This document shows, piece after piece, positions 50,201-61,621 of a DNA stretch of 64,000 nucleotides (positions within the stretch are counted from its first letter, which is position 1; every line of letters starts with the position of its first letter). Source of the DNA: Mobula hypostoma. Lineage: Eukaryota. The stretch is taken from contig NC_086097.1 of the NCBI RefSeq assembly GCF_963921235.1, positions 210,802,001 through 210,866,000 of the forward strand. Direction: 5' to 3'. A program made the position numbers and the translations under genes. The notes beneath the pieces are model-generated. The model did no database searches and was not told where the DNA came from. It saw nothing but the letters and a program-made list of their open reading frames with translations.

Positions 50201-51650
50201 AGTCTACTGGCATCCCTTTGGCTAGCCTGGGCTTCCAGCTTGGTTAGATATTGTCTCTTGGCACCCTTAATGGATTTCCGGAGTTCACACCTGGATTCCG
50301 TGTAGCGACTGGTATCCCCGGACCTAAAAGCCACAGCTCTAGCCTTCAAAAGGGACTTGACCTCATAATTCATCAAAGGTTTCTGGTTAGGGAATACCCG
50401 GATCGTCTTGCGAGACACACAGTCCTCCGTGCGTTTCCAAATAAAGTCCCTGACAGCTGAGGCATACCCATCGAGGTTAGCTGCCGTGTCCTTGAATACT
50501 AACCAGTCCACCGATTCAAAGCAGTCACGGAGGACCTAATCCGTTTCCTCCATCCAAAGGAGACACTACTTTTGACACCGTAACCTCCCGATTCAGTTTC
50601 TGTTTGTAAGCCAGGAGGAGGAGTACGGCCTGATGGTCCGATTTTCCGAAGTGAGGTCGTGGGATGGAACGGTAGGCATCCTTGACTGCACATCCACTGC
50701 ACTACCCTCATGTATATGCCTGGTCACCTCCTCAATGAATTCTATCAAGCTTGTTAGACACGATCTGCCCTTCATAAAGCCATGCTAACTGTCCCTGATC
50801 AGACCATGATTCTCTAAATGCCCATAGATTCTATCTCTAAGGTTCTTTTCCTACAGCTTTCCCACCACAGACGTAAGGCTCACTTGTCTATAATTACCCG
50901 GACTATCCCTACTACCTTTTTTGAACAAGGGGACAACATTCGCCTCCTTCCAATCCTCCGGTACCATTCCTGTGGACAACGAGGACATAAAGATCCTAGC
51001 CAGAGGCTCAGCAATCTCTTCCCTCGCCTCATGGAGCAGCCTGGGGAATATTCCATCAGCCCCCGGGGACTTATCTGTCCTAATGTATTTCGACAACTCC
51101 AACACCTCCTCTCCCTTAATATCAACATGCTCCAGAACATCAACCTCACTCATGTTGTCCTCATCATCATCAAGTTCCCTCTCATTGGTGAATACTGAAG
51201 AGAAGTACTCATTGAGGACCTCGCTCACTTCCACAGCCTCCAGGCACATCTTCCCACCTTTATCTCTAATCAGTCCTACCTTCACTCCTGTCATCCTTTT
51301 GTTCTTCACATAATTGAAAAATGTCTTGGGGTTTTCCTTTACCCTACTTGCCAAGGTCTTCTCATGCCCCCTTCTTGCTCTTCTCAGCCCCTTCTTAAGC
51401 TCCTTTCTTGCTTCCCTATATTCCTCAATAGACCCATTTGATCCATGCTTTCTAAACCTCATGTATGCTGCCTTCTTCCACCTGACTAGATTTTCCACCT
51501 CACTTGTCACCCACGGTTCCTTCACCCTACCATTCTTTATCTTCCTCACTGGGACAAATTTATCCCTAACATCCTGCAAGAGATCTCTAAACATCGACCA
51601 TATGTCCAAAGTATATTTCCCTACAAAAACATCATTGCAATTTACACCCA
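47244..51650 (-). mobile_element. 5'-truncated CR1 split by a Rex1 insertion (parts 47244-~48405 and ~50689-51650)
   Basis: EGSAVDV | (Y)MDFSKAFDKV continuity across the insert; KFADDTKIGG; ACAT on both sides. Confidence 0.92.
48406..50688 (-). mobile_element. Rex1/Babar LINE (EN C-terminus to tail, 2.3 kb)
   Basis: [49 protein letters not shown]; (ATAAAGT)n tail. Confidence 0.92.
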
Positions 51651-52189
51651 CGGTATTTTTGGAATTGGAGTTTCTTCATTCATTTACACTTTTAAAACTT
51701 GTTATTAGTAATATACTCTCTTTCCTCTGAACAGAAATCATTTAATATGTCTTTGCTTAAACTCCATAGCATAATATAATATATTTCTTCATGGCCTTGT
51801 TTCCATTTGGAAAATCAAGGATCAAGGATCAACTTTACTCAACATTTTTTTTACATGTATTAGGAATTTGCTGAGCCTTGTTGGTGTGACATGCAACAAA
51901 AACAATTATAAGAGTAAAATAAATAAATAGAGATGTAAACAGTACATCCTAAATTAGTGGCACTAATTCTCAACAGTATAACAATATTATATTCTCACCA
52001 ATGTGCAGTATAACAATACATACACTGCTTCCCCTTTTACCAGTTCTCAATTTCCCTTGAATTCGCTATCTGTCTTAGTTTTCAATGCTCTCTTCCTATT
52101 TATTGGATCCTTTGTTCCTGTGCTCCATTTAAACTTACTGAATTCATTAGGACCTTCATTATTCTACAATTAAATTTTTTGAAAAATTG

Positions 52190-53105
52190 AATTCAAAGTT
52201 AAAAGTTTGAAGTAAATTTATTATCAAAGTACATATATGTCGCCAATTATAACCCTGCAGGCATACTCAGTAAATACAAGAAACATAATATCGGCATCCG
52301 TTAGTTCGTGAGACCATGGATTTGTGAAGGTGTCCAGAGTGCAGGCCTGGGCAAGGTTGTATGGAAGACCGGCAGTTGCCCATGCTGCAAGTCTCCCCTC
52401 TCCACATCACCAATGTTGTCTAAGGGAAGGGCACTCAGGCCAATACAGCTTGGCACCGATGTCGTCGCAGAGCAATGTGTGGTTAAGTGCCTTGCTCAAG
52501 GACACGCTGCCTCAGCTGAGGCTCCAACTAGCGACCTTCAGATCACTGGACCAATGCCTTAACCACTTGGCCACGGTCCAGCACATAATAGAATCAGTAA
52601 AAGACCTTACCAACAAGATGGACAAACGACCAATTTGCTAAAGGCAACAAGTTGTGCAAATACAAAAGAAAAGAAAATAAAGAATAATAATAAATGAATA
52701 AGCAATAAATAATGAGACCATGAGATGAAAAATCCTTAAAAGTAATTCCGTAGGTTGTGGAAACAGTGCTTTGACGGGGGGAGTGAAGTTGAGTGCAGTT
52801 ATCCGCACTGGTTCAAGAGCTTGATGGTTGAGGGGTAAATCTGTTCCTGAACGAGGTGGTGTTTGTCCTGAGGAATCTGTACCTTCTTCCTGATGGCAGC
52901 AGCAAGAAGAGAGCATGGGCTGGGTTGTGGAATATGATAGATGTTTTTTTCCTGTGATAACGCTCCTTATAGATGTGCTCAATGTGCTCAGTGGTGGGGA
53001 GAGATCTATCCGTGATGGACTGGGCCATATCCACTACTTATTGTTGGATTTTCTGTCCGAGGGCATTAGTGTTTTCATACCAGGCCAGGATGCAACCAGT
53101 TAATA
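52190..53105 (-). mobile_element. Rex1/Babar 3' fragment hosting a SINE
   Basis: AQSIT..SLPT.EHIY.ER...LLPSGRRYR...FRN motifs; tail at ~52190-52225. Confidence 0.8.
52291..52582 (-). mobile_element. tRNA-derived SINE
   Basis: Homologous to 21961-22497; exact TSD ACATAATA (52283-52290, 52583-52590). Confidence 0.88.
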
Positions 53106-53266
53106 TACACTTTAAAAAATCGGTTAATTCAGCACCACTGAAGTCCCTGCCATGCTGGTTTGGCAGAGTTTTACTGTAGTTTACATAGTATAAGCCTCAA
53201 AGTCTCTTCATTCACTGAGTTCTTTTATACAAGTTTTAATTGACATTTCTGAATGTTCCACACATT

Positions 53267-53853
53267 GAATCAGAATCAGGTTTATTTTGACCAGCATGTG
53301 TCATGAAATTTGTTACCTTAGCAGCAGCAGTTCAATGCAATACGTAATGTAGAAGAAGAAGAGAAATACATACATACATACATAAATAAATTACAATATA
53401 CATATATTGAATAAAATTTGTGCAAAAAACAGAAATAATATATATTAAAAAAGTGAAATAGTGTCCACGGGTTCAATGTCTATTTAGGAATTGGATGACA
53501 GAGGGGAAGAAGCTGTTCCTGAATCGCTGAGTGTGTGCCTTCAGGCTTCTGTACCTCCTACCTAATGGTAACAGTGAGGAAAGGGCATGCCCTGGGTACT
53601 GGAGATCCTTAATAATGGACGCTGCCTTTCTGAGACACCACTCCTTGAAGGTGTCCTGGGTACTTTGTAGGCTAGTACCCAAGACGGAGCTGATTAAATT
53701 TACAACCCTCTGCAGTTTCCTTCGATTCTGTGCCGTAGCCCCCCCCCCCAAACCAGAGAGTGATGCAGCCTGTCAGAATGCCCTCCAGAGTACATCCACA
53801 GAAGTTTTTGTGTATTTGTTGACATACCAAATCTCTTCAAACTCCTAATGAAG
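53267..53853 (-). mobile_element. Rex1/Babar 3' fragment
   Basis: CLRKAASIIKD..LLP.GRRYRSLKAHTQRFRNSFFPS; (TTCTGA)n tail. Confidence 0.85.
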
Positions 53854-53989
53854 GAGCGTTTTGGAAATCATTCTTATGAATTAATGTTCTAGCTGAGATT
53901 GGCACATTTCTCATCTCACACACTGGCTACCGTTACATCCCGGGAATCTCCACTACTTTTTGTATTCATTTGTCCTACAGATTCCTCAT

Positions 53990-54560
53990 CTTTTGTACTT
54001 AAATAATCCACCAGTTTCCCACGTATAGTGTCAGTCATGGTTCAGCTATGAAGACTCTCTTGGCTTGTCCTTAGCGCCAGCCTCAGAATCATGTTTGCTC
54101 TTTTATGGAGATATGCTTAAAACCTTCACAGGATATTTTAATCTTAAAAAAAGCTGGAAATGCCATCTTTCTGAGAATGTTTTAGCCTGACCACATATTC
54201 ATCAGTTGTTCCCTCTGTTGCTGCCTGCACGTGCCGAACTTTTGCTCTCAAACACACCCAGGGTCTTTAGATTAGAAAGTCCATTTAAGATTTTCAGCTT
54301 GTTTGCATATAAATCTGCATCTGTAGCTTCTGGGGTTTGTACATTCATTAATGTTTCATGTGTCTCTGGTCCTATCGCTAGAAGCAATGTCACCTTTCTC
54401 TGTTTCTCCGTACTATTCCCCAGGCATCTAGATTGTTGACTGTCAGAAATACTTCTCATTGTTTATGCACAAGCAAATATCTGACCTTTCTAACTCCCTG
54501 AAATATCCAAATGTACATGGTCAGACATATTTATTCTACATTTAAGAGAATCCCATTCCC
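53990..54560 (-). pseudogene. Ancient Gypsy-type gag remnant
   Basis: KVTLLLAIGPETHETLMNVQTPE....Y...LKILNG...K resembles the KxAxLLxxIGxxTYxLLxNLxxP N-terminus of Gypsy Gag. Confidence 0.5.
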
Positions 54561-54631
54561 TGCTTTCTTTACACTAGCTCAGTGTCCTATTATTCCCTTG
54601 GGCAGTAACAGCCTGAAACTGATATCTGAGA

Positions 54632-55161
54632 CACAAAATAATCTGCAGATGCTGTGATCAAAGCAACACTTCCAGTACGCTGGATGAACTCAGCAGGTCG
54701 GGCAGCAGCAGTTAGAAACGATGAGTCGACGTTTTGGGCCGGAACCCTTCGTCAGGACTGAAGAATGAACGATGGGGAAGGATTTGAAGAATGCTTGTAG
54801 CTTCAGTTGAAAGACCAGTAATTTGACAGACAAAGGGGTGGGGGAGGGGAAGCAGGGACGTCATAGGCTGGAAAACAATGGGTAGTAGAAGAAGGAGGCG
54901 GAACCATGAGGGAGGTGATAGGCAGCTGGGGGAGGGGGCAGAGTGAAATAGGGATAGAGGAAGGGAGGGGGAGGGAATTACCGGAAGTTGGAGAATTCTA
55001 TTTTCATACCAAGGGGCTGGAGACTACCTAGACGGTATATGAGGTGTTGATCCTCCAACCTGAGTTTAGCCTCATCATCGCAGTAGAGGAGGCCATATAT
55101 GGACATATCCGAATGGGAATGTGAAGCAGAGTTGAAGTGGGTGGCTACCAGGAGATCCTGT
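54632..55161 (-). mobile_element. 5'-truncated Penelope-like element
   Basis: QDLLVATHFNSASHSHSDMSI.GLL...HLIYRLGSLQPLGM; exact 13-bp TSD CTGATATCTGAGA (54619-54631, 55162-55174). Confidence 0.92.
54724..54760 (-). ncRNA. Hammerhead ribozyme motif with G12->A
   Basis: AGTC-CTGACGA-A-GGGT(TCCG)GCCC-aAAA-CG-TC^GACT; helices I and II pair. Confidence 0.7.
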
Positions 55162-55749
55162 CTGATATCTGAGAAGTGTCCATAGATTCATTTTTCTTGC
55201 TGCTTTCCTAAGTAATCATACAGGGATAGAAATACATAAATTCAGAGTATCCTTTTTAAAAGTTTAACTTCCAACTAAACTGCAGTATCTGGGTTCAACA
55301 ACATATCAAGACTCACACCATGTAAAACAAACCATTTCTTAAAGATACTTCACAAGTTTACAGTGAACCCTCATAATACAGTTGTTTGGGTAAAGGAAAT
55401 TCACCATTACAAAATTCACAAATTACTAATAAATGGTTTGGGATAAAGAATAAAAATCTTGCAGACCCTATGTGAGAAAAACATAACTACAATAAGCACA
55501 AAACACAAAAGAAATAAAATGTTTCGCCAAAGTTCTCAATATAGAAAATAGTGATATAGACAGTTTTTTAGAAACATGACTCCTCTGTAATGCGGTGGTG
55601 TGCTGTATACGTATTACATCCATCTGCTGGATGCTTGCCTGTTTCACTATCCTACCTATATCATTTTGATAAGTTTGTCATCTGCCAGCTCTACAATGAT
55701 TCACACTACCCCTAAATCTGTTCCAATACACAGTATGAATTATTTCTGA

Positions 55750-56130
55750 CAGCTGGATAAGTTAGCTTATCAATCATTCACGAAACATTCATTACCACGC
55801 AGACAGAAATAAAATACCTGACTCGTGCTAAATGAAGGAAACATCATAAATCCATAGCAGGAAGGAACAGTAAAGTGCAAAGGCAGTCCCAGAGCTGAAT
55901 TCTTTATTTGCAATCAAAATGTCAGGACATGATTTGGGGGTAAGCCTGGGGGCGGGGGGGGGGGGGGCTGGAGAGAGAGAGAGAGAAGCTCCTAAAACAT
56001 TTTTGCTTAAAGAAAAAAGGGAAATTGAAGTGATATTTTCTCTGGATGGCTGAGGAATAGAGAAAGGAAGGCAACAGAGGAAGTCAAAACCCCTTTCAAT
56101 CTACAGCAGGAAGTGCATCAAAGTTTCCTC
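55750..56130. promoter_or_regulatory. Candidate promoter/enhancer (ETS motifs, GC box/G-tract, (GA)n, GATA pair)
   Basis: AGAGGAAGT 56076-56084, CAGGAAGTG 56107-56115, GGGGCGGGG 55949-55957, GATAAG..CTTATC ~55756-55771; motif content only. Confidence 0.25.
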
Positions 56131-58520
56131 CACATACTGCTAAGGATGTCCTGATGAAATAGACCCAATGAGATCTTTGAACCTCTGGAACAATGTTCTA
56201 TTTAAAGAAGACTTCTATGAACGTATGCCTTCTTCCTGATACCATTTTTATTTATTTATTGATACCTGCTCAGGTGGCACTAGTAATTCCTTGTTGCCTG
56301 TAGAAAATCAAGGTTTGGGCTCACAGAGGCAAACAACATTAGTATTATAAAATTGCTAGACAAACTTTTATCATTGACAAGGAAAAGCATAACAACTTGT
56401 TCATGGCATTCAATGGCAGCATTGTAAGTACCGTCCTATTCTGTCCCTCCCTCATCGAGTCACCCACATTTTTTGGGGGCCCTGCTTATTAGAAACCCTG
56501 CTAAGCACCAAACAAAATATACAGCAACTAGAACAGTCAAAGAATAGGTATTCCCAACTCCTCAAATTCTCTACATGACCAAAATGGCATATCAGTATTG
56601 CAGTTCTCTTCATTTGTCTGATTTGTACATCATTCACACAACTCTCCAGTTAGTGTATTAACCCTAACATACTGTACATTCCATCCACAAGCAGTATAAA
56701 GCATGTCTGGCTGAAACTCCCCAATACTTCCTCAACAGTACTTTTCATACTTATAGACTTGAGAAGAATAAATACATAAGACTGGTCTTTCAAAACATTT
56801 TAAACATAGATTTACACTCTTTATGATGCTTGAGACTTGTGCAGCAAAGATGAATAATTTACAATTTATTACATCACTATAACATTGGAGAAGCTAGGTA
56901 AGGAAAAGATAAACTGATCTATATCTTTTCTTTTTTTTCACAACCCATTAGTACACCCACCTCAAAAACTGAAGGAATACTGAAGAAACTTCCATTGGAT
57001 TTATTTTTAGAAGCATTTTTCAAGCGTTATTCCACCTTTCCTTAACTAATTAACTAACCGTTCTGTCAAAAATATTGCTTCTATTACTTACAGAGGTCTG
57101 AATAGCCCTTCAAACAATTATTGTATAATACATTGTGCTAAAGGAAAGAAATAATGCAAAAAGAAAGATAGGAGAGAACCTGAAGAAATTTACGGTATTT
57201 CTTCAAAGGGAAATGGACACAGCTTGCACTGGTCAAACCAGACAAAATTTCTGAATGCATTGGGAGGCTTAACCTGTGATTATTGAAAGATCTGCTTTCT
57301 CACAAATGATATAACCTGACGGGGGTGGGGAAGACGATGGCTCTCTCGGACCCAGAGCAATATTTGCTGCTAACTTGCGCTTTCTGCCAGCCAGCTGATG
57401 TTGGGACTGGACAAGTATGCTACTGAACAGTTGGGTAGGTTGAGATTCTGATCTACTATTGACACTAAAATTCTGATCTGCATTTCAACTAGTCCAGGCT
57501 TTCTGATGGCCTCCTTCAGCTGATGAGATAAGAAACATCACTGCTATCACAGACATTTTGGTGCCCAACCTGAAAGTCATGGCATAGATTACAACAAGAA
57601 TTATTTCATTTGATTTGGCACAACACTGTGGCCAAAGGGTCTGTGTCTGTGCTGTACAGTTCTATGTTTCTATGTTCTAAGAATGAAAATGACTTTATAA
57701 AACAACCTTGGAAACATCATCAAAATTGTTGGTGCCTCTAAATCCAGTTCCTGATCCGGGACCCAACATAGCTCAGGTCATGGTTCTGCAGAATGGAAGG
57801 TGGCCAGGATAGCTCCAGGCTGAACAGACTTGAAAGGCTTGCACAATGGAAAGAGGACATTTCAGCATCATCCTTGAGCAATTAACATTAGAGTGAGTTT
57901 TCTCACTTAACACCACGATATCATAGATATAATGTTCCTTTGTGTATGTTCTCCCTCCCTCTAATTACCATTATTATATTGTCACCCAAATGGCTTCTTA
58001 CACAGCTTATACCACTTTGTGTTCATTGTGAACCTTGTGTGATCTACGTATAATAATACTTAAGATTCCTCCTCTCAATTTCTTTTAATGATAACCTGCT
58101 CTGTGTTGACCTTGCATTTGTCACACTACATTTATTTAAATCAATATCATTAGCCATTACATAACTCAAATGTGTCTCACAGGAGAAATATTTTCCGAAA
58201 TACAAGATCACAGAGAGATTTTATGACCTGTCCTATAAGAGGAATGAGCAGAGGCAAGAGGATAGGCAGAAAAGGCAATTCCAGACTTTGGGGCAAACAA
58301 TTGAAGGTATGACTGCCAATGCTAGTTAAAGGAAGAAGGAAAAAGGTGATCTGCATAATGGCAGAATTACATCCAAGTAAGAGAATTTACTACCTTAGTT
58401 CAGCTTGAACCCCAGACACCAGCAAAACTGTACACTTTTCATTTGATGTGCAAATTGCAAATTTTCTGGCACCTAAAATGCAGAATGATAATTAGAACGA
58501 GAATCAGTTTATTATCACTG

Positions 58521-59068
58521 AGTAACACACAGAAAAAGCTGGAGGAACTCTGTAGGTCAGGGAGCATCAATGGAAATGAATAAACAGTCGACGTTTTGGG
58601 CCGAGACCCTTCATCAGACCTGGAAGGGAAGAGAGAAATGCCAGAATAAGTGGGGGAGAGGGGATGAAGGAAGAAGCTGAGAGGTATAGATGTAAAAGGC
58701 AAAGAGCTGGAGAAGAAGGAATCTGATAGGAGAGGAGAGTGGAACATGGGAGAAAGGGAAGGAAGTGGAGCACTAGGGGGAGGTGATAGGGAGGTGAGGA
58801 AAAGAAAAGACTTAGGGTCGGAGTGTGGAATTGAAAAAGAGGGAATATAGTTGGGAAAAATTACCAGAATTTAGAGAAATCGATGTTCAGGTTAGAGGCT
58901 ACCCAGACAAAACATGAGGTGTTCCTCCTCCAACTTAAGAGTAGCCTCATTGTGGTAGTAGAGGAGGCCATTGGTTAACATGTCAGAATTCCTATGGATA
59001 GCCTCCATCCTGATGGCATTAACATTGATTCATGCAAGTTTCTAGCATCTGCAGAATCTCCTGTGTTC
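58521..59068 (-). mobile_element. Penelope-like fragment with an inverted terminal piece, inserted in a minus-strand Rex1 tail (~58495-59330)
   Basis: Pseudo-LTR with hammerhead motif at 58585-58622; GIY-YIG tail 58860-58985; inverted SLHPDGINID plus 3' end at 58995-59068; TSD ATTATCA(C/T)TG (58511-58520, 59069-59078). Confidence 0.82.
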
Positions 59069-59695
59069 ATTATCATTGGCATATGTTGTTCAATGTGTTG
59101 TTTTGTGGCAGCAGTATCGTGCAAGACAAAATAATCATTATAAGTTACATCAAAAAATCAGAAAACAAATAGTGCAATGAGGAATAGTGATGTAGTGTGC
59201 ATAGCTTCACAGGTTCATAGTTCATTCAAAATTCTGAAGGCACAGGGGAAGAAATTATCTAAATGTTAAGTGTGGGTCTTGAGGCTCCTTTATCTCCTCC
59301 CTGATGGCAGCAATGAGAAGAGGGCAAGAGATCTGAATGACCCTCTTTTATAGCCTGGATCATAACCCAGTTGTTTCTGCCCTGTAGTTGGTTGTCTCTC
59401 ATGCCTACTCTCTGTGTTCAGTCTGAAACTACGTGGGTGAGGTAAAGTCAGTCAAAGTTCATTGAACAGCACCACCAGAATACCTTTATAAATGTATTAC
59501 AATCAAATAAAGGTGACAAATATAATAATATAAATATAGGCAAAGCAAATAATATAACATAAAGTATTATAAGTAATGGCCAAAGGTTAGATGTTGTAAA
59601 TTATGCCAAAATACCATGCATTATCATGTCTTTTGGATTCCAGCAACCTCACACATCTCTTAATGCTCTAAATTCTCTAAATTCAACATCATTTA

Positions 59696-60289
59696 GTGAT
59701 GCTGAGGCTCTATAAGGCACTCGTGAGACCACACTTGGAGTATTGTGTGCAGTTTTGGGCTCCTTATTTTAGAAAGGATATATTGACATTGGAGAGAGTT
59801 CAGAGAAGATTCACAAGAATGATTCCAGGAATGAAAGGGTTACCATATGAGGAACGTCTGGCAGCTCTTGGGCTGTACTCCCAGGGGTTCAGGAGAATGA
59901 GGGGGATCTCATAGAAACATTCCGAATGTTAAAATGCCTGAACAGATTAGATATGGCAAAGTTATTTCCCACGGTAGGGGAGTCTAGGACAAGAGAGCAC
60001 GACTTCAGGATTGAAGGACATCCACTTAGAACAGAGACGCGGAGAAATTACTTTAGTCAGAGGTGGTAAATCTGTGGAATTTGCTGCCACGAGTGGCTGT
60101 GGAGGTCAAGTCACTGGGTGTACGTAAGGCAGAGATAGATAGGTTCTTGATTAGCCAGGGCATCAAAAGGTATGGGGTGAAAGCAGGGGAGTGGGGATGA
60201 CTGGAAGAATTGGATCAGCCCATGATTGAATAATGGAGCAAACTCAATGGGCCAAATGGCCTACTTCTGCTCCTATATCTTATGGTCTT
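59696..60289 (+). mobile_element. CR1 3' fragment
   Basis: [39 protein letters not shown] tail. Confidence 0.92.
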
Positions 60290-61621
60290 AATCTTGCATA
60301 TACTTCTGTCCGACTTTGACTTTATGTACAGTTAACTCCAGTGATCACTCAAAGAAACTTGTTCCCATTTATGCAGGAAACTGGGTTCCCTTGTAAGTTC
60401 CCTTCAGCTTACTCCCATCCATCTACCACTTACTCATAGTTCCCTTGTAAGCTTTGCTCAGCTTGCTCCCAACTATCCAATCCTTTAATTATATAAAAAT
60501 CACCCTTTTGACATTTGATACAAGCAGCTGACATATGATCACACCAGCTCTTTTCAATGCCCTCAATTTAATTAATTTTTGCCATCAATTTGTACAAAAG
60601 TGTCATATTGACAGGGAAGATCTCTGTCAATGAACACCTTGAAAAGTTGTCATTTTAGTGAATAACTTCTAGTGAAACTATTAACTTGAATATTTCACAA
60701 GCCATCATACCAGAGCTTGGCCAGGAAAACCTGAGCAACCAGGTCATTGTGTCAGTTTTGTTCATACCTGTATGATTGGTGCAGTTTGCGTTCAGTTTTT
60801 AAATTATTTTTTGAAGTGCCATAGTCCCCTGAAAAACATTGATGTTGACAGTTTGGTCAATTTTATCTGTAAAGGCCACAGCTGCTTTTACTCTTGTTTG
60901 GCTACAACTGAGATAAAAGAGATTGAAACTGATGCATCACAGTGTGCAGAGAGCAACGGCAAAACCAACCAAACATGAAAGGGCTCTGAAAGTTTCTTTA
61001 GATTGAATGCTTTCACTTGATTAAATAGTTTGCAGAAATGTCTGGTATATTGATAAGCTGCTCCTGTTTAGGATTTTGAGAAGTACATGACCAATAGATT
61101 CAAGATAAACCTAACCCAAACTCTCTGATGCCACTGACATTTAACCAGTGTAAAGAGAGAGAAAAAAAAGCTTGGGGAAATTTAGAAATAGAGATTAATG
61201 TTTCACAGTAATTACTTGAGAATTTCATATATGCTTTAATTTCATATTTTTCCATTAAAAGATTATGCAAGCAATCTCATATCAAGGAAGTTTCAGACAA
61301 ATCAGTAGTATCCTAACTGATCACCTAAGGAAACTTCTGTACAACATTAGTAAAAGTAATCTAACATTGGCAATAATGTTGTCAGCTTGTCATTACCAAA
61401 TGCCACATCCTAATGGATTATGAAGTATTATAACATCTTTCTGCATCTAGCTCGAGTTTCTGAGTGCTAATCTAGAAACCTGATTCTAAAATCTAAGCTG
61501 CTACACTCATATAGTGTGGAGGATGTGCAACGCTATTAGAGAAGCTGAATTTTGAATGATATGTTGAACTCTTTTGAAGAACAGTAAGGTTCTGCCATAT
61601 AACCACCTTTACCAATTATAT

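Noticed and set aside
60385..60478. Imperfect 54-bp tandem duplication (gttcccttgtaag...)
   Set aside because: Only two diverged units with no further structure; not a CRISPR or satellite.
60768..60828. Possible 61-nt minus-strand exon (DYGTSKNNLKTERKLHQSY), and similar candidates near 33541-33622 and 41940-42020
   Set aside because: Weak splice signals, no recognisable protein and no consistent exon chain.
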